A DNA stretch of 64,000 nt, taken from Octopus vulgaris (lineage: Eukaryota). The notes beneath the pieces are model-generated. The model ran no database searches. It had not been told where the DNA came from and saw only the letters and a list, made by a program, of their open reading frames with translations. The translations under genes were made by a program, and so were the position numbers. The number at the start of each line of letters is the position of its first letter. Position 1 is the stretch's first letter. Of this stretch, positions 53,290-64,000 are shown in pieces. The stretch spans positions 109,988,001 through 110,052,000 of the forward strand of contig OX597819.1 of assembly GCA_951406725.2 (NCBI GenBank), written 5' to 3'.

Positions 53290-54536
53290 GAAGAAGGAGT
53301 GAGAGAAAGTTGTGGCGAAAGAGTACAACAGGGGTCACCACCACCCTCTGCCGGAGCCTCGTGGAGCTTTTAGGTGTTTCCGCTCAATAAACACACAACG
53401 CCCGGTCTGGGAATCGAAACCGCGATCCTCCGACCGCAAGTCCGCTGCCCTAACCACTGGGCCATTGCGCCTCCATATACATATACAGAGAGAGCTAAAT
53501 GAGGACTGTCATATTTAAAATCAATTAACGTTATTGCTGTAAGGGAAAGGAATACCGTTAGCACTACTGAATATTCTCTTCAGGAAAGTCACGGGACGCA
53601 ACTCCGAAACCCAGCTACGGATTCCATATTGACGTTCATGCAGAGTATATAGGAGCACTCCGTCGGTTGCGACGATTAGGGTCCCAGCTGATACGATCAA
53701 CGGAACAGCTTGCTCGTGATATTAATGTGCAAGTGGTTGAGCACTCCACAGACACGTGTACCCTTAACGTAGTTCTCGAGGAGATTCAGCGTGACACAGA
53801 AAGTGACAAGGCTGGCCCTTTGAAATACAGGTACAAGAGAAACAGGAAGAAAGAGCGAGAGAAAGTTGTGGTGAAAGAGTACAGCAGGGTTCACCACCAC
53901 CCCCTGCCGGAGCCTCGTGGAGCTTTAGGTGTTTTCGCTCAATAAACACTCACAATGCCCGGTAATCGAAACCGCGATCATCCGACCGCGAGTCCGCTGC
54001 CCTAACTACTGGGCCATTGCGCCTCCACTTATGCAGAGTAGGAACACAAAGAAAGAAGGATGTTAGATATCAGTAGGTAGTTGTTCTCACCGTGTAGGAG
54101 GATGAATGAATCTGGACACTGTAATAATGATATCGGCAATGTCTTGATGTACCACAGTAGTAATTGCGAAATGTCATGTACGGTGTATTTCCGGTTTTGG
54201 ATGAGTTCAACGGCTGCATTGGAACCTGTTTGGAGGAAGGCAAAAACCTTAAAGAATGTGAAAAAACAGTTTTTAGGTTATAATTTCTCGAACTATTAAT
54301 TTTCTCTTTACATATTATATTGATTTCAAATCTTGGCATAAGAACAGAATTTTCGGAAGAGGGGGTCAAGTCGGTTACTCAAGAAACAGGAAGAAGGAGT
54401 GAGAGAAAGTTGTGGCGAAAGAGTACAACAAGGGTCACCACCACCCCTTGCCGGAGCCTCGTGGAGCTTTTAGGTGTCTTCGCTCAATAAACACACACAA
54501 CGCCCGGTCTGGGAATCGAAACCGCGATCCTCCGAC
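53290..54536 (-). mobile_element. Three family-D tRNA-derived SINE copies (53290-53474, 53650-54026, 54380-54536)
   Basis: Minus head GGAGGCGCAATGGCCCAGTGGTTAGGGCAGCGGAC...GGTTTCGATTCCC (absent from the 5'-truncated third copy) and a shared body. Confidence 0.85.
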
Positions 54537-55545
54537 CTCAGTACGTAACTGGTACTTATTTTATCAACATCCGAAAGGATCAAAGGCAAAGTCGACGTCG
54601 GTCGAATTTGAATTCAGAACGTGAAGACAGGCGAAATGCTGTTGAAGCCAATAATTTCGGAAGAGGGGGTAAGTCGATTATGTCGACCCCAGTACTTAAA
54701 TGGCACTTATTTTATCAACCCCCGAAAGGATGAAAGGCAAAGTCAACATCAGAGGAATTTGATCTCAGAACGCGAAGACAGCATTTCGCCCGGTGTGCTA
54801 ACGACTCCGCCAGCTTACCGGCTTATATTTATATATTATATTCTTAGTAAGTTCATGGGGCCATTTTCCATGACGTATAATTGATCGATATTAAAACATG
54901 CACCCCCCACCACTGAACGGGACGCTAGTCCATCGTCATGTCGCTCATTTATAACTGAGTCGACTGGGGCACATTGAAATGAAGTGCTTTGCTCAAGAGC
55001 AAAACGACCCACTCGATCCAGTAATCGAAGTCACAATCTTGCGATTATGAATGCAACACTTCAAACATTGGGTCACAAACTTTCACCAAACTCTATATTT
55101 ACAATATTTGTATTCACACGTAGGCATGGCTGTGTGGTTAAAAGATCACTTCAGAACGAAGACGGGGCACCTTAATTTCTGGATGACTATCCCTCTGAAT
55201 AGAATCTACTGGACGGAAACTGCAACCTCGTCACGTACACATATATATATACATATAGATGGTAACTTAGCTTTAATCCTCGGCTACAGAGCGAGAGATA
55301 CTGATGAGGATTAATCAAATTCAAAATCATCAATCGGTGATCTGGCTCTGCCACGCTTGCTGTAGGGAGCTTACCTCCCTTGTCAGTCATTAGATAAGCG
55401 CTACCGTGTGCCCAAGAGTTGTTCTGACCCTTATTCCCAGCAATACTGGTGCTGACTAGCACCCTCAGTCACTTTAGTGACCTCAATACTTGTGCCCTTT
55501 GTAAATTTCGAATAAGCCACCTTAACAATAATATATTATTATTTT

Positions 55546-56084
55546 GTGAGAGAGCAGTGCTTGCCATCAAAGTGACACTGGGGTAAAATATACGAAGCCC
55601 AGTATACCCATTATGACTACCCGTCTGATAAGGGTACACCAGGCACAGGCATCACAACCGTATGTGCGCGACATGGTGATAAACAGTGCATGACCTTGCA
55701 GGTGGGGCCCAGTTAGAATTTTCTTCAGGTCGAGTATCCCATCCTGCTCAAAAGGTCCCTGAATAAGGATTGTTTAAGGATGTTCAACGAACAACCCATG
55801 TTTCCAGAGGTGAATTATCCGAACCTCCAAGAATTTCTTTCAACACACGGCTATGATGCTCCCCCACTACTTCTACTCGTGGTCAGAGATGCACATATAG
55901 TCAGCCACTAAGGGACATGCTCAACTGGTTAAGGTCAAAGAACTGACAAGCAAATCTATGGTATTGAGCAGAATATTTGCTGTAACTCGTCTTTTATACC
56001 AAGGCAAAACAATGTACATGATAACACTTCCAATCAGTTAAGATCAGAAGCCATGAGAGCCACTGTCTGGTACTGCATCAGGGC

Positions 56085-56087
<3 letters not shown>
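55546..56087 (-). mobile_element. ~550-bp non-coding repeat associated with (AAT)n
   Basis: Reverse-complement homologue of 60525-61081. Confidence 0.8.
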
Positions 56088-56151
<64 letters not shown>

Positions 56152-56404
56152 TTTATTATTGCTGTTATTTTTTTTCTTCTTTCTTCAAATTTTCTTCCAT
56201 TTCTCGTTGGGTGTTTTCCGTACACCTAGGGCAGAGAAGCTCATTGTATGCATTCCCAGATTATACACGAAAAGTCACAGGTAAAATATGTATTTAAAAA
56301 ATTAATAAATAAATTCATGAATGGATGTTGTTTTCACAACGATAATGCTCTTCTCAGTACATTCTTCTTTTTCTTCTTCTTCTTCTCCTTCTCCTTCTTC
56401 TTTC

Positions 56405-56990
56405 TATATATCTCTGAAGGAGAGATACGGCAGCAGTACTGAGCATTAATATTTATCGCCGAGCTAACGTGGCAGTCCAGAGAAATAGGACGAATGCTGC
56501 TGTTAATTAGCTCCGAGAGGCTGTCGCCTCTAGCTAGATATGTGACACACAACTCTGCGTCCATAACATCTTCGAACAGTGAAGGTAATCAGCTTCCCCT
56601 TCCTAGTTCAGCTTCCATAGACCGGTTTCGCAGTATTTGCCCCTTATCAATGTGGAGTAGCTGCTGCCGTATCTCTCCTTTAGAGAGATTTAGAAATAGT
56701 AATATTTCTATCTTTGAAAATCAGTGAATGTGTTACACTGAGTATATATAAACCTTCGAACAGTCAACAGCGACGCCTGCTGGGCTTAGCTACTCCACAT
56801 GGATAAGGGGCAAATACTCCAAAACCGGTCTGTGAATACTGAACCAGCAATGGGAAGTTGATGACTACCCTGTCCGAAGGTGCTATGGACGCAAATTTGT
56901 GTGTCACATTGCTTGCTAGTGGCAATGGCCTCTCGGAGCTAATTAACGACAGCCTTCGTCCTATTTCTCTGGACTGCCACTTTAACTTGC

Positions 56991-56995
<5 letters not shown>
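56405..56995. mobile_element. Complex foldback element with U3-A8 hammerhead variant
   Basis: Diverged inverted arms at about 56455-56662 and 56788-56995. Minus 56613-56657 reads ctccaca TTGATAA gggg caaata ctgc GAAA ccgg TC tatggaa; decayed mirror copy at 56793-56836. Confidence 0.7.
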
Positions 56996-57068
<73 letters not shown>

Positions 57069-58322
57069 ATATATATATGTGTGTATGTGTGTATTTGTAT
57101 GCATGTGTGTGCACGTATATAGGTTTAAAATGGCAGGTCGAGTAGTACCGGTTTATATCATGAAGCAATTTGGTTATTCGATGAATCGAGATGGATACCA
57201 TAATTACATGCCTGAAATAATTATTAGATTCAATATGATAGACTTAAGCCAATTAACATGGCGTACTAGCACGGCCACAATCCACTAAAAAAAACTGACA
57301 TAATAAAAGTATAAAAGCAGTTACGCTTGGTTCCCACATCATCATCTGTCGTCTTATTCCTGGATAGATGAAACCCAGCTAACAGTTGCTGACAAGCGAG
57401 AACGGCTAAGCATAATCTACCATGCTTTAATTAAATGTTTTCGGTTCTTATGTGATCGCGAGCAGACATAGAAACCCTCTCAGCTATTTCGCCCTTGATC
57501 GCATGGAATATTCGGGATAATACAGCTGCAAGGACAGGGGACGGTACCAACAATCGGTTGAAACAAATTATGCTGAGTAGACCTGCAACCACTTGAAATG
57601 AAGCGATTTGCTGAAGGATGCAACGCACCACTTAGGACTGGTATTGAACTTACGACTATGTGATCACGAGTCGAGCACCCTAACTGCTAGACCACGTGTC
57701 TTCTAGATATCACGTAATCGTATCATCAACAATCATAGCTAACACTTGGATAGATCCAGTGAAACGTTCTTGAAATGTCAACAAAATTCGTCGTTCGATG
57801 GCCGGCTGGCATATCATTATTATTCTGTGTACTGAAATAATTTTCAGGTCTAATTAACAAGATAACTTCAAATAGGTGTTGAGAACATATTCTCCAAAAC
57901 GCTTGAAAATTATGAATAATGTCTATGTTGCATCGAATAATTTCCAGAAAATGAACTAAAACGTTTATACATGCTGCTAAATGTAGTTAGAATTTTTAAT
58001 GCAATAAACATGCGGATAAACAGCAATAAGCATGAGGATATATAGCTTAATAATTAGAAAAATAAGCTGACATATTGTCAGATAGAAATAAATACGTACA
58101 ATTTTCAAATGTTTGATACAGGCGACACACATTTAACGTGCTCCCCTTCGAAATGTATAACATTTCCTGGTCCAGTCCTTAAAAATAAATAGTAAAATAT
58201 ACATTAATCCGTTGAATATTTATAAACCCAATAAATATAGACGCATATACATACACGTTACACACAAAAGAGCACGAAATATATATATGCATGCATATGT
58301 ACATATATATATATATATATAC

Positions 58323-58782
58323 TAAAGATTAATATAGAAGATGAGGTATACCGAAAAGCAATCTATTGTCATGACAACAATTGTTTCGTCTTCCTGTAGC
58401 ACTATTCCGAGCGGGCGTGGACTGGTGCAATAACACCAGATGCAGGGCAGAGTGCAAAGAAGACTCCACAGATGGCACAATATGCTTTTAAGTGCGGGGA
58501 TTTAGATCTCAGTTTTGCTGCATTGAGAGATTCTATCAGTTCGGGTGTTTGAACATATCCACTCGAACTGGTAGAATCTCTCAATGCAGCGAAACTGAGA
58601 TCTAAATACCCGCACTTAAAAGCATATTATGCCACCTGTAGAGTCTTCTTTGCACTCTGCCCTGCATCTGGTGTTATTGCACCAGTCCACGCCAGCTCGG
58701 AATAGTGCATCATGAAGACGAAAACATTGTCGTGATAATAGATTGCTTTTCGGTACACAGCCGTCTTCTCTATTAATCTTTA
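58323..58782. mobile_element. Foldback element after (TA)n
   Basis: Inverted arms of about 225 bp (58323-58547 and 58560-58782). Candidate motif CTGTAGA gtcttc..long insert..gaagac GAAA. Confidence 0.8.
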
Positions 58783-60129
58783 ATACATGTACAGATGTGC
58801 ACGCTCGCATCAATATACACATGCATGCAAAACTATATGAGCGCGTCTACTCACCCTCATGTAGAAGTATATACTTGCACATGCCAACCCTTCCTACTTG
58901 CCACAACAACCTGACCGTTTTCTTAATCGCCACGTGGTCTACTTCCTGTCCTCCACGTGGTCAATTTCCTGTTCACAATGCGGTATGTTCCAACGAACTG
59001 TTACTCATATACCAACATCAAATCCCGACACTGCGTGACCTTCTTCGACCAATCGCAGCTCACCTTAAAGTAATAACAATCAACTTCTGTTATTCAAATT
59101 CAAAATGGTTGACGACTCGCATCACGCTTGAAACTCAAGAGTACCAACGAATTTAAATCAAACTGTTTTGATCTCTCTCTCTCTCTCTCACTCTGTATAT
59201 ATATATATATATATACATACACATCTATATGCACACACACAAACACACACACGCATATATATATATATATACATACCTGTACAGATATATACCTGTACAG
59301 ATACAGTGAAGGTGCTGGATTAATGGTTAGAGTGTTCGACTCACGGTCGTAAGGTCATGATTTCAATTCCCGCAGGTGGATTATGTCCTTGAGCAAGTCA
59401 TTTTATTTCCCATTGCTCCAGTGCACTTAGCAGGCAAAAAATGAGTTGTACTTATTACTCAAGGGTCAACCTCGTCTCATTCCTGTGTCATGCTGAATCT
59501 CTCAGAGAACTACGTGAAGGATGTGCTTGTCCGTGGAATGCTCAGCCACTTGCACGTTAATTTTAAAGCAGGCTGTTTCGTTGTTCGGATCAGTTGAAAG
59601 CCTCATCGTCGCAACGGACGGAGCACCTGTACACTCACACACACACACACACACACTCGCGCGCGTGCGTGCATGTGTGTGAGAGTATATGTCTCCATGC
59701 ATATTTGTACCCGTGTCAGTGTTTATGTTTATACTTTGCGATGTAAACCGGAATTGTGTCCCTACAAATCGAAGCACGCTTAGCATTTCGATAAAATGAA
59801 TCCGATGAAATAATATCGGGCTCGGGCCAATATGATCGACTAAAACCGTTGAAGAGTTTGCTGTAGCATGGGCGCATTTCAATGATTGACAATGATGAAC
59901 GATTATGCAATATTTTTAGCCCAGTTGTCTACGCTAAAAAAAGGGATAAAGCTGCAAAAGGACAGAAGAGATCATGGGATAACGTTGCCACCTGGTCGTG
60001 TTGTCACGTGGAAAATTATTTCGTGAGGGTCTTGCTAAATTGACTTACCTCTTTTCTCGATTTCCCTGATGCAACAGGTAACGATGAGAGGAATCATCGT
60101 CCCTTCACGCCTTTAACAAGAAGAATATA

Positions 60130-60185
<56 letters not shown>

Positions 60186-60294
60186 TAACACGAACTTGAA
60201 TATCTAACTTGTCTTTTGAGGTCTCTGGGTGAGACTTGGAGTCAATTTGTACAAACACGAAACAAAAGCCAAACATATAACAATAATAATCTTG

Positions 60295-60347
<53 letters not shown>

Positions 60348-60473
60348 CATAATAATAATAACAATAACACGAACTTGAATATCTAACTTGTCTTTTGAGG
60401 TCTCTGGGTGAGACTTGGAGTCAATTTGTACAAACACGAAACAAAAGCCAAACATATAACAATAATAATCTTG

Positions 60474-60480
<7 letters not shown>
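60130..60480 (+). repeat. ~180-bp tandem duplication of an R4-type 3' terminus between (AAT)n tracts
   Basis: Two identical units containing GAGGTCTCTGGGTGAGACTTGGAG, also seen at about 61510-61535 at the end of an R4 fragment. Confidence 0.8.
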
Positions 60481-60524
<44 letters not shown>

Positions 60525-60527
<3 letters not shown>

Positions 60528-61081
60528 GCCCTGATGCAGTACCAGGCAGTGGCTCTCATGGCTTCTGATCTTAACTGATTGGAAGTGTTATCATGTACAT
60601 TGTTTTGTCTTGGTATAAAAGATGGGCTACAGCAAATATTCTGCTCAATACCACAGATTTGCTTGTCAGTTGTTTGACCTTAACCAGTTGAGCATGTCCC
60701 TTAGTGGCTGACGATATGTGCATCTCTGATCACGAGCAGAAGTAGTGGAGGAGCATCATAGCCATGTGTTGAGAAGGATTCTTTGGGGTTTGAATAATTC
60801 ACCTCTGGAAACATGGGTGTTTCGTTCAACGTCCTTAAACAACCCTTATTCAGGGACCTTTTGAGCGGGATGGGTTACTCGATCTGAAGAAAATTCTAAC
60901 TGGGCTCCACCTGCAAGGTCATGTGCTGTTTATCTTGATATGAGATCACCATGTCGCGCACATATGGTTGTGATGCATGTGCCTGGTGTACCCTTATCAG
61001 ACAGGTAGTCATGATGGGTATACTGGGCTTCGTATATTTTACCCCAGTGTCACTTTGATGGCATGCCCTGCTCGCTCACTC
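60525..61081 (+). mobile_element. 557-bp non-coding repeat inside (AAT)n
   Basis: AAT runs on both sides; two other copies in the window. Confidence 0.85.
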
Positions 61082-61140
<59 letters not shown>

Positions 61141-61141
<1 letters not shown>

Positions 61142-61570
61142 CTACCAAAAACTGAGCAAATATAAAGATCTTGAAATAGAAATCAGCAAAATGTGGAAGC
61201 TGAAGACTAAAACAATACCTGTTGTCATAGGTGCCCTGGGAATGATAGCGAAAGGGACTGATTGCTACCTAACTCAGATACCAGGAAACCCCAAAATGGC
61301 AGAAATTCAAAAGATAGTGCTCATGGGAACTGCTCATATCCTACGCAAAATACTCTCTATGTAATCCCAAGGTTTAAAACTTTTTTTTTTTTTACTTTAT
61401 TTATTTTTTGTTTTTATGTATTAGACATTCACTAGTACAACACCAAAAAAAAAAAAAAGGAAAAAAGAAAAAAAAATATATGGCACAGAACTTCCAACCT
61501 GTTGTCTCTTGAGGTCTCTGGGTGAGACTTGGAGCCAACTTGTACAGACATAAAGCAAAAGTCAAACATA
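61141..61570 (+). mobile_element. R4/Dong LINE 3' end
   Basis: KLSKYKDLEIEISKMWKLKTKTIPVVIGALGMI...MGTAHILRKILSM* followed by 3' UTR and AAT repeats. Confidence 0.9.
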
Positions 61571-61585
61571 GAATAATAATAATAA

Positions 61586-61898
61586 TGATGCAGTGGCTCT
61601 CTTGGCTTCTGATCTTAATAGATTGGAAGTGTTATCATGTACATTGTTTTGTCTTGGGATACAGCAAGTATTCTGCTCAGCGGGAAGGGCTAGTCGATCT
61701 GAAGAAAATTCTAACTGGGGCCCCACCTGCAAGGTCATGCGCTGTTTATCTTGATATGGGATCACCATATTGCGCACATATGGTTGAGATGCATGTGTCT
61801 GGTGTACCCTTATCGGACGAGTAGTCATGATGGCTATAGTGGGCTTCGTATATTTGTACCCCAGTGCCACTTTGATAGCATGCACTGCCCTCTCACTC
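61586..61898 (+). mobile_element. Internally deleted copy of the 557-bp AAT-associated repeat
   Basis: Same 3' end and nearly the same 5' end as 60525-61081; central part missing. Confidence 0.8.
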
Positions 61899-61939
<41 letters not shown>

Positions 61940-62022
61940 TAATAATAATAATAATAATAACAATAATAATAATGATGATGATGATGATGAGGATGAGGAT
62001 GAGGATGAGGATGATGATGATG

Positions 62023-62071
<49 letters not shown>

Positions 62072-62094
62072 TATTAATAATGATATTAATAATA

Positions 62095-62345
62095 AACGGG
62101 ATTGGAGTGAAAGAAGAAAAGAAGCCTTGAACGACTATGATGATTTGAAGTGGGAAATACGTAGGTTGTTGGCAATGAAGAGATTAGACGCGATACCGAT
62201 AATAATTGGCAGGCTTGGAAATATCAGTACTCAACTACCAACGTGGTTCAAAATGATTAGGACAAATGTAAACATAGACCATCTAAGAAAATCATCATGT
62301 CTTGGAACAACAAGAGTTTTCCATAGGGCTTTTGAAGCACGATCA
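62095..62345 (+). mobile_element. Old R4-type RLE C-terminal remnant
   Basis: YDDLKWEIRRLLAMK..IPIIIGRLG..LGTTRVF. Confidence 0.65.
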
Positions 62346-62881
62346 ATAAATAGTTGCTACCCTATGGACAATAATGAAAAGATTGTTAATATTGGAATCG
62401 TTAGGGCGTCTAAAATATTTCAGCCTCTCAAAAATACAAATTGAGTGATATATACATAGGACGTCTCAAAGCTTCTGAAGAAATCTTGCAGCCCAACCCA
62501 TGCGGGGAAATACAACACCTTTAATACCAGCGTCAAGATACCACCTTTAATAACAAAGTAAATACACTCGATGCTAATTGTCCATACGTCTAACAGATGT
62601 CTAAGAGGGCTAACGTGTTGTTAAGTTGTCTTCAAACTATAAGATGACATTACTCACGTGATTGTCTCCTTAATACTTTTGCCAAATATCTGAGGATTTT
62701 CGTTTATTTGGGAACTTGTCTTTGAGATCAGGCGCAATGTCAGCGCGACCACAGTTTTTTGATGAGGCTGTATGGTGAAAATATAAAATAAAAATCTATT
62801 GTAATGAACTGTTAATCTCTACAGAATTTTTCTCTCTCTTTGTTTCCTTCATTCTCTCTGTTCTTTTTTCCCTTCTTATTC

Positions 62882-62917
62882 CTTTCTGTCGAGGAGCGTA
62901 GGCTCGAAACGTAAAAG
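62882..62917 (+). ncRNA. Minimal hammerhead variant (CUGUNGA core) in a small element at about 62830-63012 ending in (TA)n
   Basis: cttt CTGTCGA g gagc gtag gctc GAAA cg TA aaag; homologous to 22120-22155. Confidence 0.65.
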
Positions 62918-63016
62918 ACTTTTCCATTCTTCCCGAGCGTTAAACTAATACACTTGTTTGTTATTATTACACCTGTCTTCGTCTTTTGTTTTCTGTAAAT
63001 TTGAACTATATATATT

Positions 63017-63407
63017 CTTTTATTCTTTTACTTGTTTAAGTCATTTGACTGCAGCTATGCTGGTGCACCGCCTTTAGTCGAGCAAATCGCCCCCAGTACT
63101 TATTCTTTGAAAGGCTGGTACTCATTCTATCGGTCCCTTTTGAAGAACTGCTAAGTTACGGGGAGGTATACGCACCAACATCCGTTGTCAAGCGATGTCG
63201 GGGGGACAAACACAGACGCACAAATATGCACACACACATGGATACGACGGGATTCTTTTCAGTTTCCGTCTACCAAATCCACTCGCAAGGCTTTGGTCGG
63301 CCCGAGGCTACAGTGTAGACACTTGCCCAGGGTGCCACACAGAGAGACTGAACATGGAACCATGTTGTTGGTAAGCAAACTACTTACCACACAGCCACTC
63401 TTGCACC
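63017..63407 (-). mobile_element. Family-B SINE
   Basis: Homology to 16940-17343. Confidence 0.85.
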
Positions 63408-63409
63408 TA

Positions 63410-63592
63410 TATTTCGTCTGCCATTACGTTCAAATTCCGCCGAGGTCGACTTTGCCTTTCATCCTTTCGGCGATGATTAAATAAATACCAGTTACGCACT
63501 GGGGTCGATGTTATCGACTAAATCCGTTTGTCTGTCCTTGTTTGTCCCCTCTATGTTTAGCCCCCCCCCCCCCTCTCGGCAATATAGAAATA
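63410..63592 (+). mobile_element. 5'-truncated Tx1-tailed family-A SINE
   Basis: Begins at TATTTCGTCTGCC; tail ...GCCCCCCC..GGCAATATAGAAATA. Confidence 0.8.
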
Positions 63593-63767
63593 GACATATT
63601 TTTCAAAACGAGGCAAACAAAATTCCCCGTCAGATAATATTGTCACTTGAAAGACAATCTTCCCAAATTCCTCAGCAATGTTAGTGCCATTCATTAGGGA
63701 TATAGTTACTTTCAATAATTATGTGCGTAATTAGTTGTCTTACTAACCCATACACAGGCAACCTTTT

Positions 63768-63874
63768 CATCACACTGAAAGCACCGGATCTCGTCCGATC
63801 ACCGAAGTTAAGCAACGTCGAGTCTAGTTAGTCCTTAGATGGGTGACTGCTTGGGAAACCTAGGTGCTGTAAGC
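63768..63874 (+). pseudogene. 5S rRNA pseudogene (5'-truncated or diverged)
   Basis: GAAAGCACCGGATCTCGTCCGATCACCGAAGTTAAGCAACGTCGAG...GATGGGTGACTGCTTGGGAA...GTGCTGTAAGC matches metazoan 5S. About 10 nt missing at the 5' end; no oligo-T terminator. Confidence 0.88.
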
Positions 63875-63888
63875 GTCACACATTATAA

Positions 63889-64000
63889 GCGCAGGAGTGG
63901 CTGTGTGGTAAGTAGCTTGCTTACCAACCACATGGTCCCGGGTTCAGTCTCACTGCGTGGCACCTTGGGCAAGTAGCTTCTACTATAGCCCCGGGCCAGC
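63889..64000 (+). mobile_element. Family-B SINE head (runs off the window)
   Basis: GCGCAGGAGTGGCTGTGTGGTAAGTAGC...GGTTCAGTC. Confidence 0.85.

Overview
Repeat-saturated, AT-rich animal DNA. The SINE families and microsatellite load suggest an octopus/cephalopod genome (inference). One host gene can be reconstructed: the 3' part of a BCR/ABR-like gene on the + strand, with eight phase-consistent GT-AG exons from 4999 to 34172 encoding a C2 domain and a RhoGAP domain. The RhoGAP lacks the arginine finger and other conserved residues. The rest is mobile DNA: a near-full-length disabled Tx1/L1-clade LINE (38299-43583), R4/Dong-type LINE fragments in (TAA)n tracts, Tc1/mariner elements and MITEs, a non-autonomous Helitron, a CR1 3' end, several tRNA-derived SINE families and a 5S rRNA pseudogene. 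Two multi-part systems stand out. (1) About ten small, mostly unrelated foldback or direct-repeat elements, most in (TA)n tracts, carry type-I hammerhead ribozyme motifs of the Penelope-like pLTR kind, some with non-canonical cores. (2) The Tx1 LINE shares its 3' tail with a SINE subfamily and is inserted at a site inside that SINE; SINE-in-SINE junctions recur at the same site. All annotation is by eye and no searches were run.
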